Shown here in pieces: positions 24,809-39,574 of a stretch of DNA of 64,000 bases. The translations under genes were made by a program, and so were the position numbers. The stretch spans positions 523,107-587,106 of the forward strand of contig JAAOMT010000213.1 in NCBI GenBank assembly GCA_016748015.1. Direction: 5' to 3'. Below the pieces are notes generated by a model. That model had not been told where the DNA came from. It did no database searches and saw only the letters and a list, made by a program, of their open reading frames with translations. This DNA comes from Geosiphon pyriformis uo1. Its lineage: Eukaryota > Fungi > Glomeromycota. Within the stretch, counting starts at the first letter, position 1. Every line of letters begins with the position of its first letter.

Positions 24809-27800
24809 ACACCAAAACCATGCAAGTTATCTCCTATTTTCTCAAAGACATGGCACACTCTTGGTATTACAGTCTAGCCCAGAAACCTCAAAACTTTAAT
24901 GTCTTCAAATTAGAATTTTTGAGGTATTTTAGTGACAACAACAGCATCAACCGCTTGGCAAGTACTTTTACCACCATTAAACAAGAAGACACAAAAGCAG
25001 TCACCACTTACTTGGGATACTTCCATAGAAATCTGTGCCAAATTCAGGCAATCCAAGCTGACTACTTTACAGCACCACAGATCTTGAACCAATTCATCTG
25101 AAGATTGCACAGTAGCATCCTCCAGCGAGTATGTTTAATGCATCCAGTTGATCTCCCAACCGCCATGACTCATGCCAAAGATTTTGAAACCACCAAGTTA
25201 AAAGCTAACCACGTCCAAGCTGTGAATTTAGTAATGAATGGATCATCTGACCTGGATTCCAAGCTAAAACAATTCAGTGACAACATCAATCAGAAATTAG
25301 AGAGCTACTTAGCTGACAATTGTGCAATTTATCAGTCACCCCAACAACATAATGATTTAGAAAACGCAAATCATTTCCAGAATCAATCACGTCCAGAATC
25401 ATCCACTAATCAGTCACGACAGCCAGAAACGTGTGTTTATTACAACTATAATAAACAAGGGCATATTAGGACAAACTGCCATACTTATAGCAACTCATGA
25501 TCAGGAAATTATTATTGAAACCCTGATCGCCAGTTTCAGACTCCAAATCACCAATCCAATCAAGAGCAATATCAAAATGCTTACCTGCCTATGACACAGC
25601 AACCAATTTATCAGCCAACAATATATTAACCGCCCATTTATCAGCTGCAGTTACCAACAATTTATCAACCACAGCCACAAGTTATTTATCAGCCACAGCC
25701 TCAAATGATTTATCAATCTCAACAAGTTCAAATGCTGCACCAAAACTCAGCTATAATGATGTCAGAAAACCCGAGATTCAGAATCACCCAAAACTGAAGA
25801 TCAGTGATAGTTGTTCATCAACCGATCTCCAGTTCATCAGGCCAACAATCAGGATCTCGTCAGCGGAATTCAGGTATCGGTTCTATCCAAAACCCAAATT
25901 CTCAGAATTATTTAAGTCTCCTGGTTATCCCAGAAGATGTTACCTCCAACAACCCAGAACTCAATCAACAACCAACAATACTTACCAACAACATCTCACC
26001 AGCAATCGTTACCAACAACAAGTCTTTAGCAGCCATCTTTTTGTTTGAACTTGAGAAAGTTACATCAGTCCCCTTATTCAGTGAAGCAGCTCTGAAAAAA
26101 AAACCCATTACTGCCATGTACATTGATGTGAAAGTTAATGGCCATTCTATCAAGTTAATTCTTGACAGTGGTTTAGCAAGCAGTATTATTACACAACAAC
26201 TCATGAATTAATTAGATCACTGAGTTGATCGAACTGCCAGTGCTAAAATCATCACTGCCAATGGTGCCACGAAAATGCCTATTGGTGAAATTGACAACTT
26301 CTCAATTGAAGTTAATGACATCATTACTCCCATCAAAGTTTTGGTAATAGAAGCAACCCAATACCAAGCACTAGTGGGCAATGATTGGTTGTCTAAAAAC
26401 AATGTTGTTCTCAACTGGACCATACAGGAGCTCCAGCTCAGCCAAAATGGCCAACACATGCAAGTACTGACAATGTGTGGCCATTTCAAATCTAACAATG
26501 TCACAACATTAGCACTGCTTATTGACCTCAAGAAGGAAAAACTAAAGCTTACTTGGGAGGTGTACCAAGTATCGTGGACTGATATTGACCACAATAAACT
26601 GCCACCAATATTCATCTGGGATGATGATAACAATAGAAAGAAGGAACAAGAAAAAGAACCTACCTGTGGAACCACTATCGACGCTTGGACCGATGACAAA
26701 GACCACCACAAGCTACCACCAATACGATTGTGGGATGACAACTCCAAGGGAAAGCAAAGAAAGGAACTTACCTGGGAAACGTACGACCTGATCTGGACCA
26801 ACAATGATGAAAGGGAACCAACACTGAGCTGGAAATGGAAAGAAAGCAACAAAGGGAAAAAAAAAGCAAAAGAAGAAGAGCCACTGCCAACAAACCCATA
26901 TACCTCCTATTAATACACAATACCACAACAATTCACCTATCGCCGACCCAAACTAGTGTGCATTAATTGTGGCAAGAAATTGTCATCAATGGGCGCATGC
27001 TGTGGCGATGATGAAAAATATCAGATGGCAACCAAATTCTATTGTCGCACATGCCTTGTCGAATGTTTTGGAAAACCAAAATGAATAGAAAAATGGGATA
27101 ATACACCATGTTTAGCCTGTAAAGAAACTCTCCTCAATAAAAGAATGTGGAACAACATTCCTGGGAGAGGAGGAATGTGCAATGTTTCTTGCCAATACAC
27201 AATCCTCATCAGTGACTGGGTCAAGAAAAGGACACCAATAGAAGCCACCTGGAGAAGAGCTGTACAGTGATTGGACAGTTGTCCACATAATGACGATGAA
27301 TTATGGCGAATGGTAATCACCAACATTGAAGGCGCATTACCAAAAGAAATCAGGACAATTAAAAACAACCCACCAGAACCCATCGAGCTTAACTGAGATG
27401 CAGAGCCAGTCATAAATTTCCTGGAACCAGAAGAGTTCCATAAACACTACCAAAACTTGGCACCCATTAGAGAGGAGCAAGAACAACGGCTAGCACAGTT
27501 AAATACAAGACTGTGTCACCATTGTTTAATTTCCAGTGACTTTGAATATTGTGACAATTGTGACCTCATTTACAATCCACCACCATGCATGATCTACACA
27601 ATCCCTGAAAAGGAAGAACCAATTAGCAGCTGCACATCGGAGTCAGAATCACCATTTGATTCTGATTCAAACTCCGATAACGACAACGATAAGAATAACG
27701 GTTCCAGCTCTATTCAAAATGGCAATAACAATGACAACAATATCAACTCAAATTCAAACTCTGACTTAAACTATGAACAATATATCGTACTTTCTAACCT

Positions 27801-29393
27801 TACCAAGGAACAAAAACTGAAATGGTTCAGCGATAATAATAAAGGTATTATGCCAGAATGTATACATAATATTGATGCTGGATTTGACTTGAGGTATCCA
27901 AGAAAAAATGCCATCAAATTGGAACCACATTTGTGCATCTGCATTGATCTGAAAATAGCACTAGAAATCCCAGCAACAACAATGATTCAATTAGCATCCC
28001 AGAGTAGTTTAGTGAAAAGAGAAATAAACATCAAAGGAGGAATAATTAATGCAGAATATGTAGAAAATATCATTGCTATGCTACAAAATGACTCAGAAAA
28101 GACCTATGTTATAAAGCCAAATGAAAGAATAGCACAAGCAATATTCCTGTCTCTGGTGAAAATAGCTCAGTTAGTGTCAGTGGGAAATAAGAAAGAATTA
28201 GGAATAACAGCTAAAGGGATACAGGGATTTAGATCAACAGGTAGAATAGATGTATTAGTTAATATAGTGGAAGAAAAAATTGTTGACCAAGGAAAAATTA
28301 TCTCAACCAGCCAAGCAATTTCCATTCCACCATATAACCAGTACATGGTAGTCATAGAGAGAAAAATGAAGGATCAAGCACAAATTTTTGAAGTAGAAGC
28401 AAGCCTTTGTGAATTAGGAGAAATTGAATTTATCAATCTACACATACCAGCCAAGAGTCATAACCATATCAAAATTCTCATCTACAACAATACTGAAAAT
28501 ATTGTAAAGATACCAAAAAGAACCACTCTCAAATATTTAACCATAGAAATTGAAGATCAAGCACCAAGCAGCATTCCAGATTTTCCACAGCTTTGTGAAT
28601 ATGTGGACATTACATCACAAACAATCTATGGACAAAACAAATGTTATTTGCTATAACCAGAACAATTAGAACAGATAAACATGTAAAATCTAGACCCACT
28701 TCAACAGATACAACTAAAGATATTACTCAATAATTTCAATGACATCTTTGTCAGTAAAAACAAATTTGGCAGAATTGATATTATTCAGCATCAGATCAAG
28801 ACTGGAGATGTAATGCCAATCAAACAGTGAGCATACAAGATATCACCAGCCAGCCATGAAATTATCTGTCAAGAGATCAACCAAATGCTTGACAATGGGC
28901 TAATTCAGCCATCAATGAGCCCATGGTCGTCACCAGTGGTACTCATTCAGAAGAAAAATGGAAAGATTTGCTTTTGTGTGGATTATAGAAAGCTTAATAG
29001 AGTTACTTATGGAAACAGCTATCCAACTCCACGAATTCAAGAATTATTTGATGCTTTCAGTGGAAACAAATGGTTCTCAACATTAGACTTGGACAGTAGT
29101 TATTGGCAAGTAGCTATGGATCTAGCAGACAAAGAAAAGATGGCTTTCACAATAAGAGAAGAGAATTTTGAGTTTGAAATCATGGCATTCGGTTTAATGA
29201 ATGTTCTAGCCACATTTCAATGGCTAATAGAAATAGTATACACTAGCTTATTATGGAAATCAGTAGTATTCTATCTGGATGACACCAATGTGTTCTCAAA
29301 AACATTTGATGATCATTTTCATTATCTCCAACAAGTATTCGAAAGACTATGACAAGCAGGATTGAAGCTAAATGCAACTAAATGTTTTTTCGG
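24809..29393 (+). pseudogene. B1 gag-pol segment 2 (capsid, knuckle, protease, Cys-rich, dUTPase, RT)
   Basis: MQVISYFL capsid; LILDSGLA; AGFDL...RIAQ...GFRSTG; SPWSSPVV, YLDD; ends at KCFFG. Confidence 0.92.
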
Positions 29394-30256
29394 TGTTACC
29401 GGTAATTATTTCTGCTGTTGAATTAAATAACAAACCCGTAACTTGGTGCTCAAAAGCTACTTCCATTGAGGCTGTTCTAAAGGTGCTGTATCTGAAGGTT
29501 TTGATGGATCTGAAGGTTTTGGTTGATCTGAAAGTTTTGGTTGAGTCTTTTGTATAATAGACAGAGATTCAATAGTATTGATAGTAGAGATATTTTCCAA
29601 GAGTTTTCCCAATTTCTTTCTCAGCGTGGTGGCTGGATTTAGTCTGGCAGTTGTGCCCTTTTGGTAAGTTATCCAATAATATATAAAATCCTATCCATAT
29701 TTCTGGGTCTTTTACCAGGCTATTCTTGACGTCAATAACTCAGCGCTTAATCTTTTATCAATTAGTATATATAACAACAAATCAAAATAAAATAAAAAAA
29801 AAGAAATAAAAGAAAATAAAGAAAGCAAAGAAATAAGCCAAGGCAATTTGCAGATTAGTATCTCGTCAATAGTCGTGATCAAGAGCTATTGTTCCAGCGT
29901 GGTTAAGTATCAATTACTATCAACATAAAGGGTTGATAGTGGGAAGTGAATTTGAGATATGAAATAATTATTTATTTGATGATTGTGTTTCTAGGTTAAG
30001 GATTCTGTGGTATCAATTCTGTCTTTTCTGTTTCTAACACTACTGCTATATATACATAATTGAGATTCCTCAATTTCTCAATTCTTCACGACAGGAATTC
30101 TGGAATTCTGGAATCCTGCAATTTCTCGTTGGGAATCCTGAAATTCCTGAAATCCTGTAATTCCTGAGAGGAATCTTGGAATTCCACATTTACTATGCTT
30201 CTTTCTGATTGGCTAATAATTATGTTAATATATTTCTTATATTTCTATGAGTAACA
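29394..30256 (-). repeat. 3' LTR of B2
   Basis: TGTTAC/GTAACA ends; 18-nt tandem GATCTGAAGGTTTTG repeats at about 29480-29545. Confidence 0.95.
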
Positions 30257-30269
30257 TTATTCTCTTCTT

Positions 30270-30929
30270 TTAATATTGAGCTCTGTTAAAATCTAAATCA
30301 TGTAATTCCCTCTCTTGAAGTATTTTCTGGATTTCGTTTTCGAGAATTACTTGTGTTATTTGGGTCTGTAATTCTTTAAATTGAGCATTGGTAATTTTTC
30401 CCTATTGATTACTGGTAACCAGATCCATTGCTCTGTTGAACAATATTTCTGGTTTATCTTGAAAGACTGTGTGTATTTGGTATATGGCTCGGGCTTGTGT
30501 GGATAAGTTGTTTTTTCCCACAAAATGTTCTAATTGTTGTAGTATTTTTTGGTCGAATAATTGCTTTGTTTTATCTGTATATAAATTCTGGATATTTACG
30601 TGTTGTCCCAAGTAAAAATAACAATAGTTTTGTGGAAATTGTTGTATCCACCAATTCCAAGTTTCTTTAGTCAACTCTTGATATAGTGACTCTTTTGTTG
30701 ATTCTTTTATTGCTAATTTTACTTTTGCCATAATTTTGTCCACAGTATTTTCAGTTTTCTTCCGTGTTCTAAGTTGAAATGTCTTTCTAGTATCTTGATA
30801 TCAAATGGTTTGTTGATTGATTGTAATCTCCATTTCTTGGTGTTGGATTAATTGAAAGAGTTGTTGTGCTAGTGAGTGAATGTTGTCTGTAATTTCCATT
30901 TTTCTGATATTTCCTGTCGTGTCTACCAT
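30270..30929 (-). pseudogene. Accessory ORF3 of B2 (about 219 aa)
   Basis: ATG at 30929; colinear with B1 ORF3; YCYFYLGQH core; stops just before the PPT. Confidence 0.8.
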
Positions 30930-30953
30930 GTCTTTATATATTCTTTTGATGAA

Positions 30954-32336
30954 TCAATTTAACGTGTTGTTGTCGATAATAATGATTGGTTCCCGATCTC
31001 ATGGAATCTCATCTGGTTGGACTAGTATTCTCTGTACTCCTAATTGTGGAATATTACTGGTAGATGGTAGTGTAATGTTGTGATATGGTTTCAGTCGATC
31101 TCCATGTGCTGCTTTGGTTAAAATTTTGTTATCCAATCTTAATTTGTAAGCTCCATTTCCTAGAATTTCTTCTATGTGAAATGGTCCATCCCATTTGGGG
31201 TCAAATTTTCCACTCCATTGTTTTTCCGCTTTGGTATGATGTAGTAATACTTTGTCTCCGATCTTGAATTCAACTGGTTTGTCTAGTAGTTGACTATCGT
31301 GTCTTTCTTTCTGTGTTTCTTGTAACTTTTGGATATTATCAGCTGCTCTTCTTTGTTTGTTTTCCAATGTTTCCATTAAGTCATATGTTTTTCTCAGCAA
31401 TGTTTCTTGAAAATTTTCCTCTGTTATTGGTTCAGCTAGATATGTATTAATTTCTCTCTCTACTGATAACATTGCTATTCTCTCATATACTAATTCAAAT
31501 GGTGTTGCTTGTGTAGTATCTTGTTTTGTTGTCCAATAAGCAAATAGTACTGATGGTATGAACAAATCCCAATCGTTCTGGTTTTCTTGGCTAAGCTTGG
31601 CTATTGCTTCACACAATGTTCTGTTGAATCTTTCTACTAATTCATTGGTTTGTGGATGGTATAATGATAATAATGGTCTCTTGATTCCGAATCTTTGGCT
31701 TAATTCTGTTAATGTTCTGTTCACAAAATGAGTTCCTTGGTCTGATAATAATTCTTTTGGACATCCATGTTGACAAATCAAATCCTGATGAACAAATTCG
31801 GCAACAGATTCTGCATCCGCTCTTTGAATTGCTTTCGTCTCTGGCCATTTAGTGAGATAGTTCATAGCTACTGCTATGTATCTGTTTCCTCTGCTGGTGA
31901 TTGTTAATGGTCCCACTAAATTAATTCCTATATGGTCAAATGGTTGTCCCACTTTGATTGGTCTTAATGGTTCACTGGATCTTGTTTCTCCTCTTTTTTG
32001 ACAAGCATCACAATTTTTCACATATTGAATGATGTCTGGATACATTGATGGCCAATAGTATCTTTTTCTAGTTCTTTCTATGGTTGCTTCTTTGTGAAAA
32101 TGTCCTGCTGTTGGATTTGAGTGCATGTTGAATAATATTGTTTCTTTTTTTGGCTCCATAATTACTCTGGTTGGTTGATCTGAATCCCTTCTATTTTTCC
32201 GATAAAGTATATTTTGATGAGTGATAAAATATTTTGATTGTTGTTTAATACTCCTTCGTTCCGTATGAGATAAATTCTTCTTGAACTGTTGAGTGTTTAG
32301 ATAATGTTGCAATTGTTGATATTTTTGTATGTTCAT
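30954..32336 (-). pseudogene. Integrase ORF of B2, nearly intact (445 aa open)
   Basis: H-x6-H...CDAC zinc finger, LLSDQGTHF, ERFNRTL, KWDGPF; first catalytic Asp decayed to Asn (GINLVGP). Confidence 0.95.
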
Positions 32337-32399
32337 TTTTTGTTGTATTTTTCCATTGGTATTGTTCTGGTTTTATTATATTTTTGGGTTGAAATGTTC

Positions 32400-35300
32400 T
32401 TAGATTTGTCTTATTTGCAATAAACTGTCAGCATTTCCATTGTCTTTTCTCTTTTTGTAATATATGGTATAATTGTATGGTGCAAGTGCCATTTTCTATC
32501 TTGACTGTCTTCCATCTCCAAATTCTTATTTTTGGAGTAATGTTAATCTCTTGTGATTTGTGTATACTTCAAACTTCTGGCTCAAGTATTCTTTCCATTT
32601 TATGACGGCCCAGTATATTGCTAAGTGTTCTTGTTCTGGTGTTCCATAGTTCTTTTTGGCTGGTGTTAAATCTCTGCTGGCATATGTTACTGGATGTTCT
32701 CTGCCATCCGGTCCTCTCTGAGATAATACTGCTCCCAATGCTTGGCTGGATGCATTGGTGGTGATGATGAATGGTTTGCTGTAATCTGGATAGATCAGTA
32801 CTGGAGCTTGGATGAGCTTTTTCCTCAGAATATCAAAAGCTTCTTGTTGACTTTCTGTTCATTCATATTTCGCATTTTTGTTTTATAGTTGATTGAGTGG
32901 CTGTGCTATTTTGGAAAAGTTCTTGATAAAACGACAATAGTAGCTAGCAAATCCCAAGAATGATTTCAGTTCTGTTATATTAGTCGGCACTGGAAAGTTC
33001 TTTACTATCTCTATTTTCTCTGGATCCATTTTGATGCTGTCTTTGCTGACTATGTGTTCTAAGAATTTGAGTTCCGTCTTGCCAAAGAAGCATTTTGTCG
33101 CATTTAACTTTAGTTCTGCACTTTTCAGTCTTTCGAACACTTGTTGAAGATAATGAAGATAATCATCAAATGTCTTTGAGAATATATTGGTGTTGTCCAA
33201 GTATACAACTACTGATTTCCACAATAAGCCAGTATAAATGATTTCTATTAGCCGTTGAAAAGTTGCTGGGGCATTGGTTAAGCCGAATGGCATTACTTCA
33301 AATTCAAAATTCTCTTCTCTAGTAGTAAATGCTGTCTTCTCTTTGTTAGCTGAATTCATGGCTACTTGCCAGTAACTACTGTTTAAATCTAATGTGGAGA
33401 ACCATTTGTTCCCACCGAAAGCATCAAATAATTTCTGTATTCGTGGAGTTGAATAACTGTCTCCACGAGTTACACCATTGAGTTTCCTATAGTCTACACA
33501 AAACCAGATTTTTCCATTTTTCTTACGGACAAGTACCACTGGTGACAACCATAGACTTATTGATGGTTGAATTAGTCCGTTGTCAAGCATTCTGTTTATT
33601 TCTTGATGAATAATCTCATGGCTGGCTGGTGGCACTCTGTATGCTCTTTGTTTGATTGGCATTGCATCTCCAGTCTTGATCTAATGCTGGATGATGTTAG
33701 TTTGGCCAAACTCATTTTTGCTGGCAAAGATGTCGTTGAAATTGTTGAGTAACATTTTGAGCTGCATACATTGAAGTGGATCTAAGTTTCCCATGTTCAT
33801 TTGTTCCAATTGTTCTGGTTAGAGCAAATAACATTCGTCTCGTCCATAGATTGTCTGTGATGTGATGTCAACATATCCACAAAGTTGTGGAAAGTCTGGA
33901 ATAGAGTTTGGTGGTTGGTCTTCTATTTCTGTGGTTAGATATCTGATGGTGGTTCCTTCTGGTATATTGATAACATTACCAGTGTTGTTGTAGATGGGAA
34001 TTTTTATGCTGCTATAGCTTTTAGCTGATATGTGGAGATTGATCAACCCAATCTCTCCTGATTCACAAAGGGTTGCTTCTGCTTCAAAAATCTGTTCTTG
34101 CTCCTTTTCCTTCCTTTCTATTGCTAACATATACTGACTATATGGTGGAATGGAAATAGCTTGACCAGTTGAGATAATTTCTCTTTGGCCAACAATCTCT
34201 TCCTCCACCATATTAACTGATACCTCTATTCTATCCGTTAATCCAAATCCTTGTATTCCCCTTGTTGTTATTCCCAATTGCTCCCTCTTTCCCACTGACA
34301 CTAACTGAGCTACTCTAATCAGAGACAGGAATATTGCCTGTGCTATCTTTTCATTGGGCTCTATTATATAGGCCTTTTCTGAGTCATTTTGTAGCATGGC
34401 AATGATATTTTCTACATATCCCGCATCAATTATTCCTCCTCTTATATTGATTCCTCTTTTTGCTAAACTACTTCTAGATGCTAATTGAACCATTGTTGTT
34501 GCTGAAATTTCTAGTGCTATTTTCAGATCAATGCAGATATGTGAATGCGGTTCTAATTTGATGGCATCTTTTCCTGGATATCTCAGATCAAATCCTGCAT
34601 CAGTATCATGCACACATTCTGACATAATACCTTCCCCATTGTCACTATACTATTTCAACTCTTGTTCCTTGGAGAGATCTGGTAGTGTAATATATTGTTC
34701 ATAGTTTAAATCGGAGTTTGTATCTGAGTCAGAATCATTGTCATTGTCATTGTCATTTTGAACGGAGCTTGAACCATTGTTGTCATCATCATTGTCGGAG
34801 TTCGAATCGTGATTGATCGGCAATTCTGATTCTGATGTGCAGCTGCTGATTGGTTCTTCTTCTTCCGGGATCATGTAGATCATGCGTGGTGGTGGATTGT
34901 AAATGAGATCACACTCATCGCAATACTGAAAGTCACAGGGAATTAGATAGTGTTGACATAGTCGAGTGTTCAACTGCTCTAACTGTTGTTCTTGTTCTTC
35001 CCTTGTGGGTGCTAATTCTTGGTAGTGTTCATAGAATTGTTCTGGATCCAGGAGGTTTATAATGGGTTCTGCGTCTCAGTCAAGCTCTAAAGGTTCTGGG
35101 GAGTTGTCTTTAATTGTTTTTATCTCTTCTGGCATTGCCCCTTCAATTTTTGCCAAATGCCATTTGCCAAATTTTGTTGTCATCATGTGGACAACTGTCC
35201 AGTCACTGCATGGCTCTTCTCCAGGTTGTTTCTATTGGGGTTTTTTTCCTTACCCAGTCACTTATTAGAATCGTGTATTGACACAACATGTCACACATTT

Positions 35301-38300
35301 CTCCCTATCCTGAGATGTTATTCCACATTCTTTCATCTAGCAGGGTCTTCCCACAAGCAAGACAAGGTTGGTTATCCCATTTTCTTGCCTTTTTGGTCAT
35401 CCAAAGCATTTGAGTAAGCATAGATGACAGTAGAATTTTGTCGCAGTGTGGTATTCCTCATCATCACCACAGCATGCACTCATTGACGACAATTTCTTGC
35501 CACAATCGATGCATATAAGCTTAAGTCAATGATAGATAGATTGTTGTGGAATAGTGTAGGTATTATGATAAGTGGTGATGATTTGGGTGGTCTCTTCTTC
35601 TTTCCCTTTTCCTTTATTTTCTTTGTCCTCTTCCCATTCCCAGCTTGAAGTCAGTTTGCTCTCATCGTTGTCGGTTCATATCAGGTCATCAGTTTCTCAG
35701 GTAAGTTCTTCCTTTTGTTTCTCTTTTCTCTTGTTGCTGTCATCCCAAGAGAGTATGGACAGTAGTTTGTTGTGCTTTTTGTCTGCCCACAATACTTGGT
35801 AGGCTTCTCAGATCGGCTTTTCTTTCTCCTCCTCCAGTTCGATCAATAGTTTCTCTCTTGGAAGAGTTTTGAAGTGGCCACACATGGCTGGGACACGTAT
35901 GTGTTGGCCCTAATACATTAGCTGGAGTTTCTGGGTGTTCTAGTCTAATGTTGCATTGACTTTGGATAGCCAGTCATTACCAATGAGAGCTTGGTATTAA
36001 GTGGCTTCCATTACTAGAACTTTAATGGAAGTCATGATGCCATTGACTTCAAAAGGAAAGTCGTCAATTTTGCCGATTGGAGTTTTGATCGCTCTATTGG
36101 CTGTAATGATTCTGGCACTGGCAGTTCGATCAACTTGGCGACCTAATTGATCCATGAGTTGTCTTGTGATTATGCTGCTTGCAGAACTGCTGTCCAGGAT
36201 TAATTTGATGGATTGTCCTTCTACTTTGGCATCAGTGTACATTGCGGTGATTGGTTTGGCTTCAAGAGCGGCTCCACTAAATAATAGCATTGCAGCTGTT
36301 TCCTCAAATTCGAATGAGAAGATAGCAGCCAATGACTTGTCTTTGGTGATGGTAGTGGGTGGGATATTACTAGTGAGTGGTTGTTTTTGGGTAAATGCCA
36401 GGTTATTGGTTGAAGCGTCTTCTGGAGTGATCAGAAGACTTAAATAGTTTTGGGAATTCAGGTTCTGGGGTTGACCGGTACCCAAATTCCACTGGCATAA
36501 TCCAGATGGTTGTTGTGAAGAACTGGGGATTGGTTGATGGACTACTATTGCCGATCTCCAGCTCTGTTGAGTCATTCTTGGTCTTTGAGTTCCATTGGGT
36601 AATAAGCTTTGGGGTGGTGTTTGGATCTGTTGGGGTTGATAGATTATTTGTGGCTGCGGTTGATATATTACTTGTGGCTGTGGCTGATAAATCAGAGGTT
36701 GATATACTGGAGACTGATAGACTGATGACTGCGTCACTGGTAGGTAAGCGGGTGGATTTTGATTTGGGTACTGATTTGGAGTTTGGAACTGGTGATCGGG
36801 GTTTCGATATTGATTTTCTGATCGTTGGTTATTTAAATGCTGGCAACAGTCAATTTGGATATGTTCTTGTTTACCACAATAGTGGCAGATACATGTTTCT
36901 TGTTGTCACTGTTGATTGGTTGATGAAGATGAACGTGGTTGATTTTGGGCATGATTAAAGTTTCCTTGATTATTGCATCATTGTAGAGACTGATAAATGG
37001 TGTGATTGTCAGCTAAGTATCCTTTCAATCTCTTATTGATTGATTCACTGAACTTCTCCAATTTGGAATCCAATTCAGATGATCCGTTCATTACTAGATT
37101 AATGGCTTGGGCATGGTTAGCCTCTGACTCAGCAGATTCAAAATCTCTGGCACATGTGACTGTGTCTTGAAGCGTGCTAGGATACAACGGACATACATGT
37201 TGCAAGATGCTGCTGCATAGACCACGGATAAACTGGTTGAGTATCTGTGGTACTGTGAAATAATCATTGTCAATTGCTTAAATTTGGCACAAGTTTCAAT
37301 GAAAGCATCCCAGGTAAGTGGTAACTGCTTTGGTTTTTCCTTGTTTCATGGTGGTAAATGCATTGACTAGGTAATTGATGCTGTTATTGTTGCTGAAGTA
37401 TCTGAGGAATTCCACTTTGAAGGCATTAAAATCTTGTGGTTTATTAATCAAGCTCTGGTATCATGAATTGGCGGTATCCTTGAGAAAGTAGGGAATGGCT
37501 TGTATTGCTCGAGCATCATTTCATCCATTGGCTGCGATGGTCTTTTCTACATTATTCAGCCATATTTGAGCATCATTCTCATTGCCCGTAAAGTTGTCAA
37601 GTTTTGCAATTGGTACATAGGCCATTGGATCTAAGTTAGGTGGTTGTGGTGGCTGTTGAAGCAGTTGTTGTTGTTTTGGCTGTTGGGGTGGTAGCTGAAG
37701 TGGCTGCTGTATGAGTTCGGCTATGGAATTAATTGGTGGTTGATTGATGACAATTACCGGAGGTAAGTTTTGCTGATTAATTAATTTGGGTTTTTGATTT
37801 CTTGGATTTGGCGGCATTCGAATATTCGGAGTTTCGATTTCCAGATTTTCTAACTGTTGCTGAGTTTGAATGTTCGGGGTTTCAACTTCCAGGTTTTCAG
37901 GAATCAGGTGTAGGTAAGTGAATTCTTGATTCTCTGATTCTTCTTCCTCCTTTTCTGATTCTGCTGCTTCCCATGGATCAGAAATTCCGAAATCTGGTGG
38001 AGGTGGTGGTGATCGAAGTCCTAATGGGGTTGATGATTGTGAATTAAATCTCTCAAAATATTCACCATATGGTTCTAACAATTCTGTTTTCTTTTGTCTA
38101 CTTTGGAATGGGAATCGTCCAAATGTTGATGTCACAGTTGATGAAAATGCATCAGTTGATGATATGTTGATGGCGCTTCCAAATGTATAGTGGTATAATA
38201 GATTACTTGGAGATTCAATTCTGTTTTTCTTCCAAGCAGGTGGCTGTATTTTTCAGAGTGTTACTGCTGGTGTTTGTAATTTTCTCTTGCCTTTACTAGC

Positions 38301-38609
38301 ATATGTAATTGGATATCTTTGTTGAGTGTGGTGTTCAATTTCTTTGTTGATCTCAGTGATGATGGATGCAAAATTATGGTTTGTTGGTAGGTTGGTGTTT
38401 TGAATTAATTCCTTATAGAAAGTTTCTTTTGCTGATTCAATGTTCACTGGTGTTCCTAATAAAGAGGAAATCTTTTCATTGACATAGAAATTGAAGGCTG
38501 ATTCGGCAGATATATGATTGTGGTTTAATCCCAAGTATTGACAATAGTGTTGAAATAAGAATTTTGCAAATCCTAAATAGTTTGCTCCTATAATTTCTGA
38601 TTCTGCCAC
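32400..38609 (-). pseudogene. B2 gag-pol polyprotein, single frame, about 2069 codons
   Basis: All polyprotein ORF fragments from 38609 to 32400 share one frame; interrupted only by point-mutation stops. Confidence 0.93.
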
Positions 38610-38671
38610 TTTTGGTTTGGTGTTGTTGGTGCTGGTTCTCTGTAGGATTATACTTCACAGAGAGCACCAAA

Positions 38672-39574
38672 TGTTACAGGTGATTATTTCTGCTGTTGAA
38701 TTAAATAACAAACCTGTAACTTGGTGCTCAAAAGCTACTTCCGTTGAGGCTATTCTGAAGGTGCTGTATCTGAAGGTTTTAATGGATCTGAAGGTTTTGG
38801 TTGATCTGAAAGTTTTGGTTGAGTCTTTTGTATAATAGACAGAGATTCAATAGTATCAATAGTAGAGATATTTTCCAAGAGTTTTCCCAATTTCTTTCTC
38901 AGTGTGGTGGCTGGATTTAGTCTGGCAGTTGTGCCCTTCTGATAAGCTATCCGATAATATATAAAATCCTACCTGTATTTCTGGGTCTTTTACCAGGCTA
39001 TCTTTGACGTCAATAACTCAGTGCTTAATCTTTTATCAATTAGTATATATAACAATAAATCAAAATAAAACAAAGAAAAAGAAATAAAAGAAAATAAAGA
39101 AAGCAAAGAAATAAGCCAAGGCAATTTGCAGATTAGTATTCTGTCAATAGCCATGATCAAGAGCTATTGTTTTAGCATGGTTAAGTATCAATTACTATTA
39201 ACATAAAGGGTTGATAGTGGGGAGTGAATTTGAGATATGAAATAATTATTTATTTGATGATTGTGTTTTTAGGTTAAGGATTCTGTGGTATCGATTCTGT
39301 CTTTTCTGTTTCTAACACTACTGCTATATATACATAATTGAGATTCCTCAATTCCTCAATTCTTCACGACAGGAATCCTGGAATTCCTGGAATCCTGCGA
39401 TTCCTTTGAGAGGAATCCTGGAATTCTGGAATCCTGTAATTCCTCATTGGAAATCCTGAAATTCCTGGAATCCTGCAATTCTTGAGAGGAATCCTGGAAT
39501 TTCACATTTACTATGCTTTCTTCTGATTGGCTAATAATTATGCTAATATATTTCTTATATTTCTATGAGTAACA
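38672..39574 (-). repeat. 5' LTR of B2
   Basis: Matches 29394-30256; followed by the PBS on the minus strand. Confidence 0.95.

Larger units (their letters stand above)
29394..39574 (-). mobile_element. Full-length Gypsy element B2 inserted in B1 RT
   Basis: LTRs 29394-30256 and 38672-39574; TSD TCGG (29390-29393) / TTGG (39575-39578). Confidence 0.95.
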
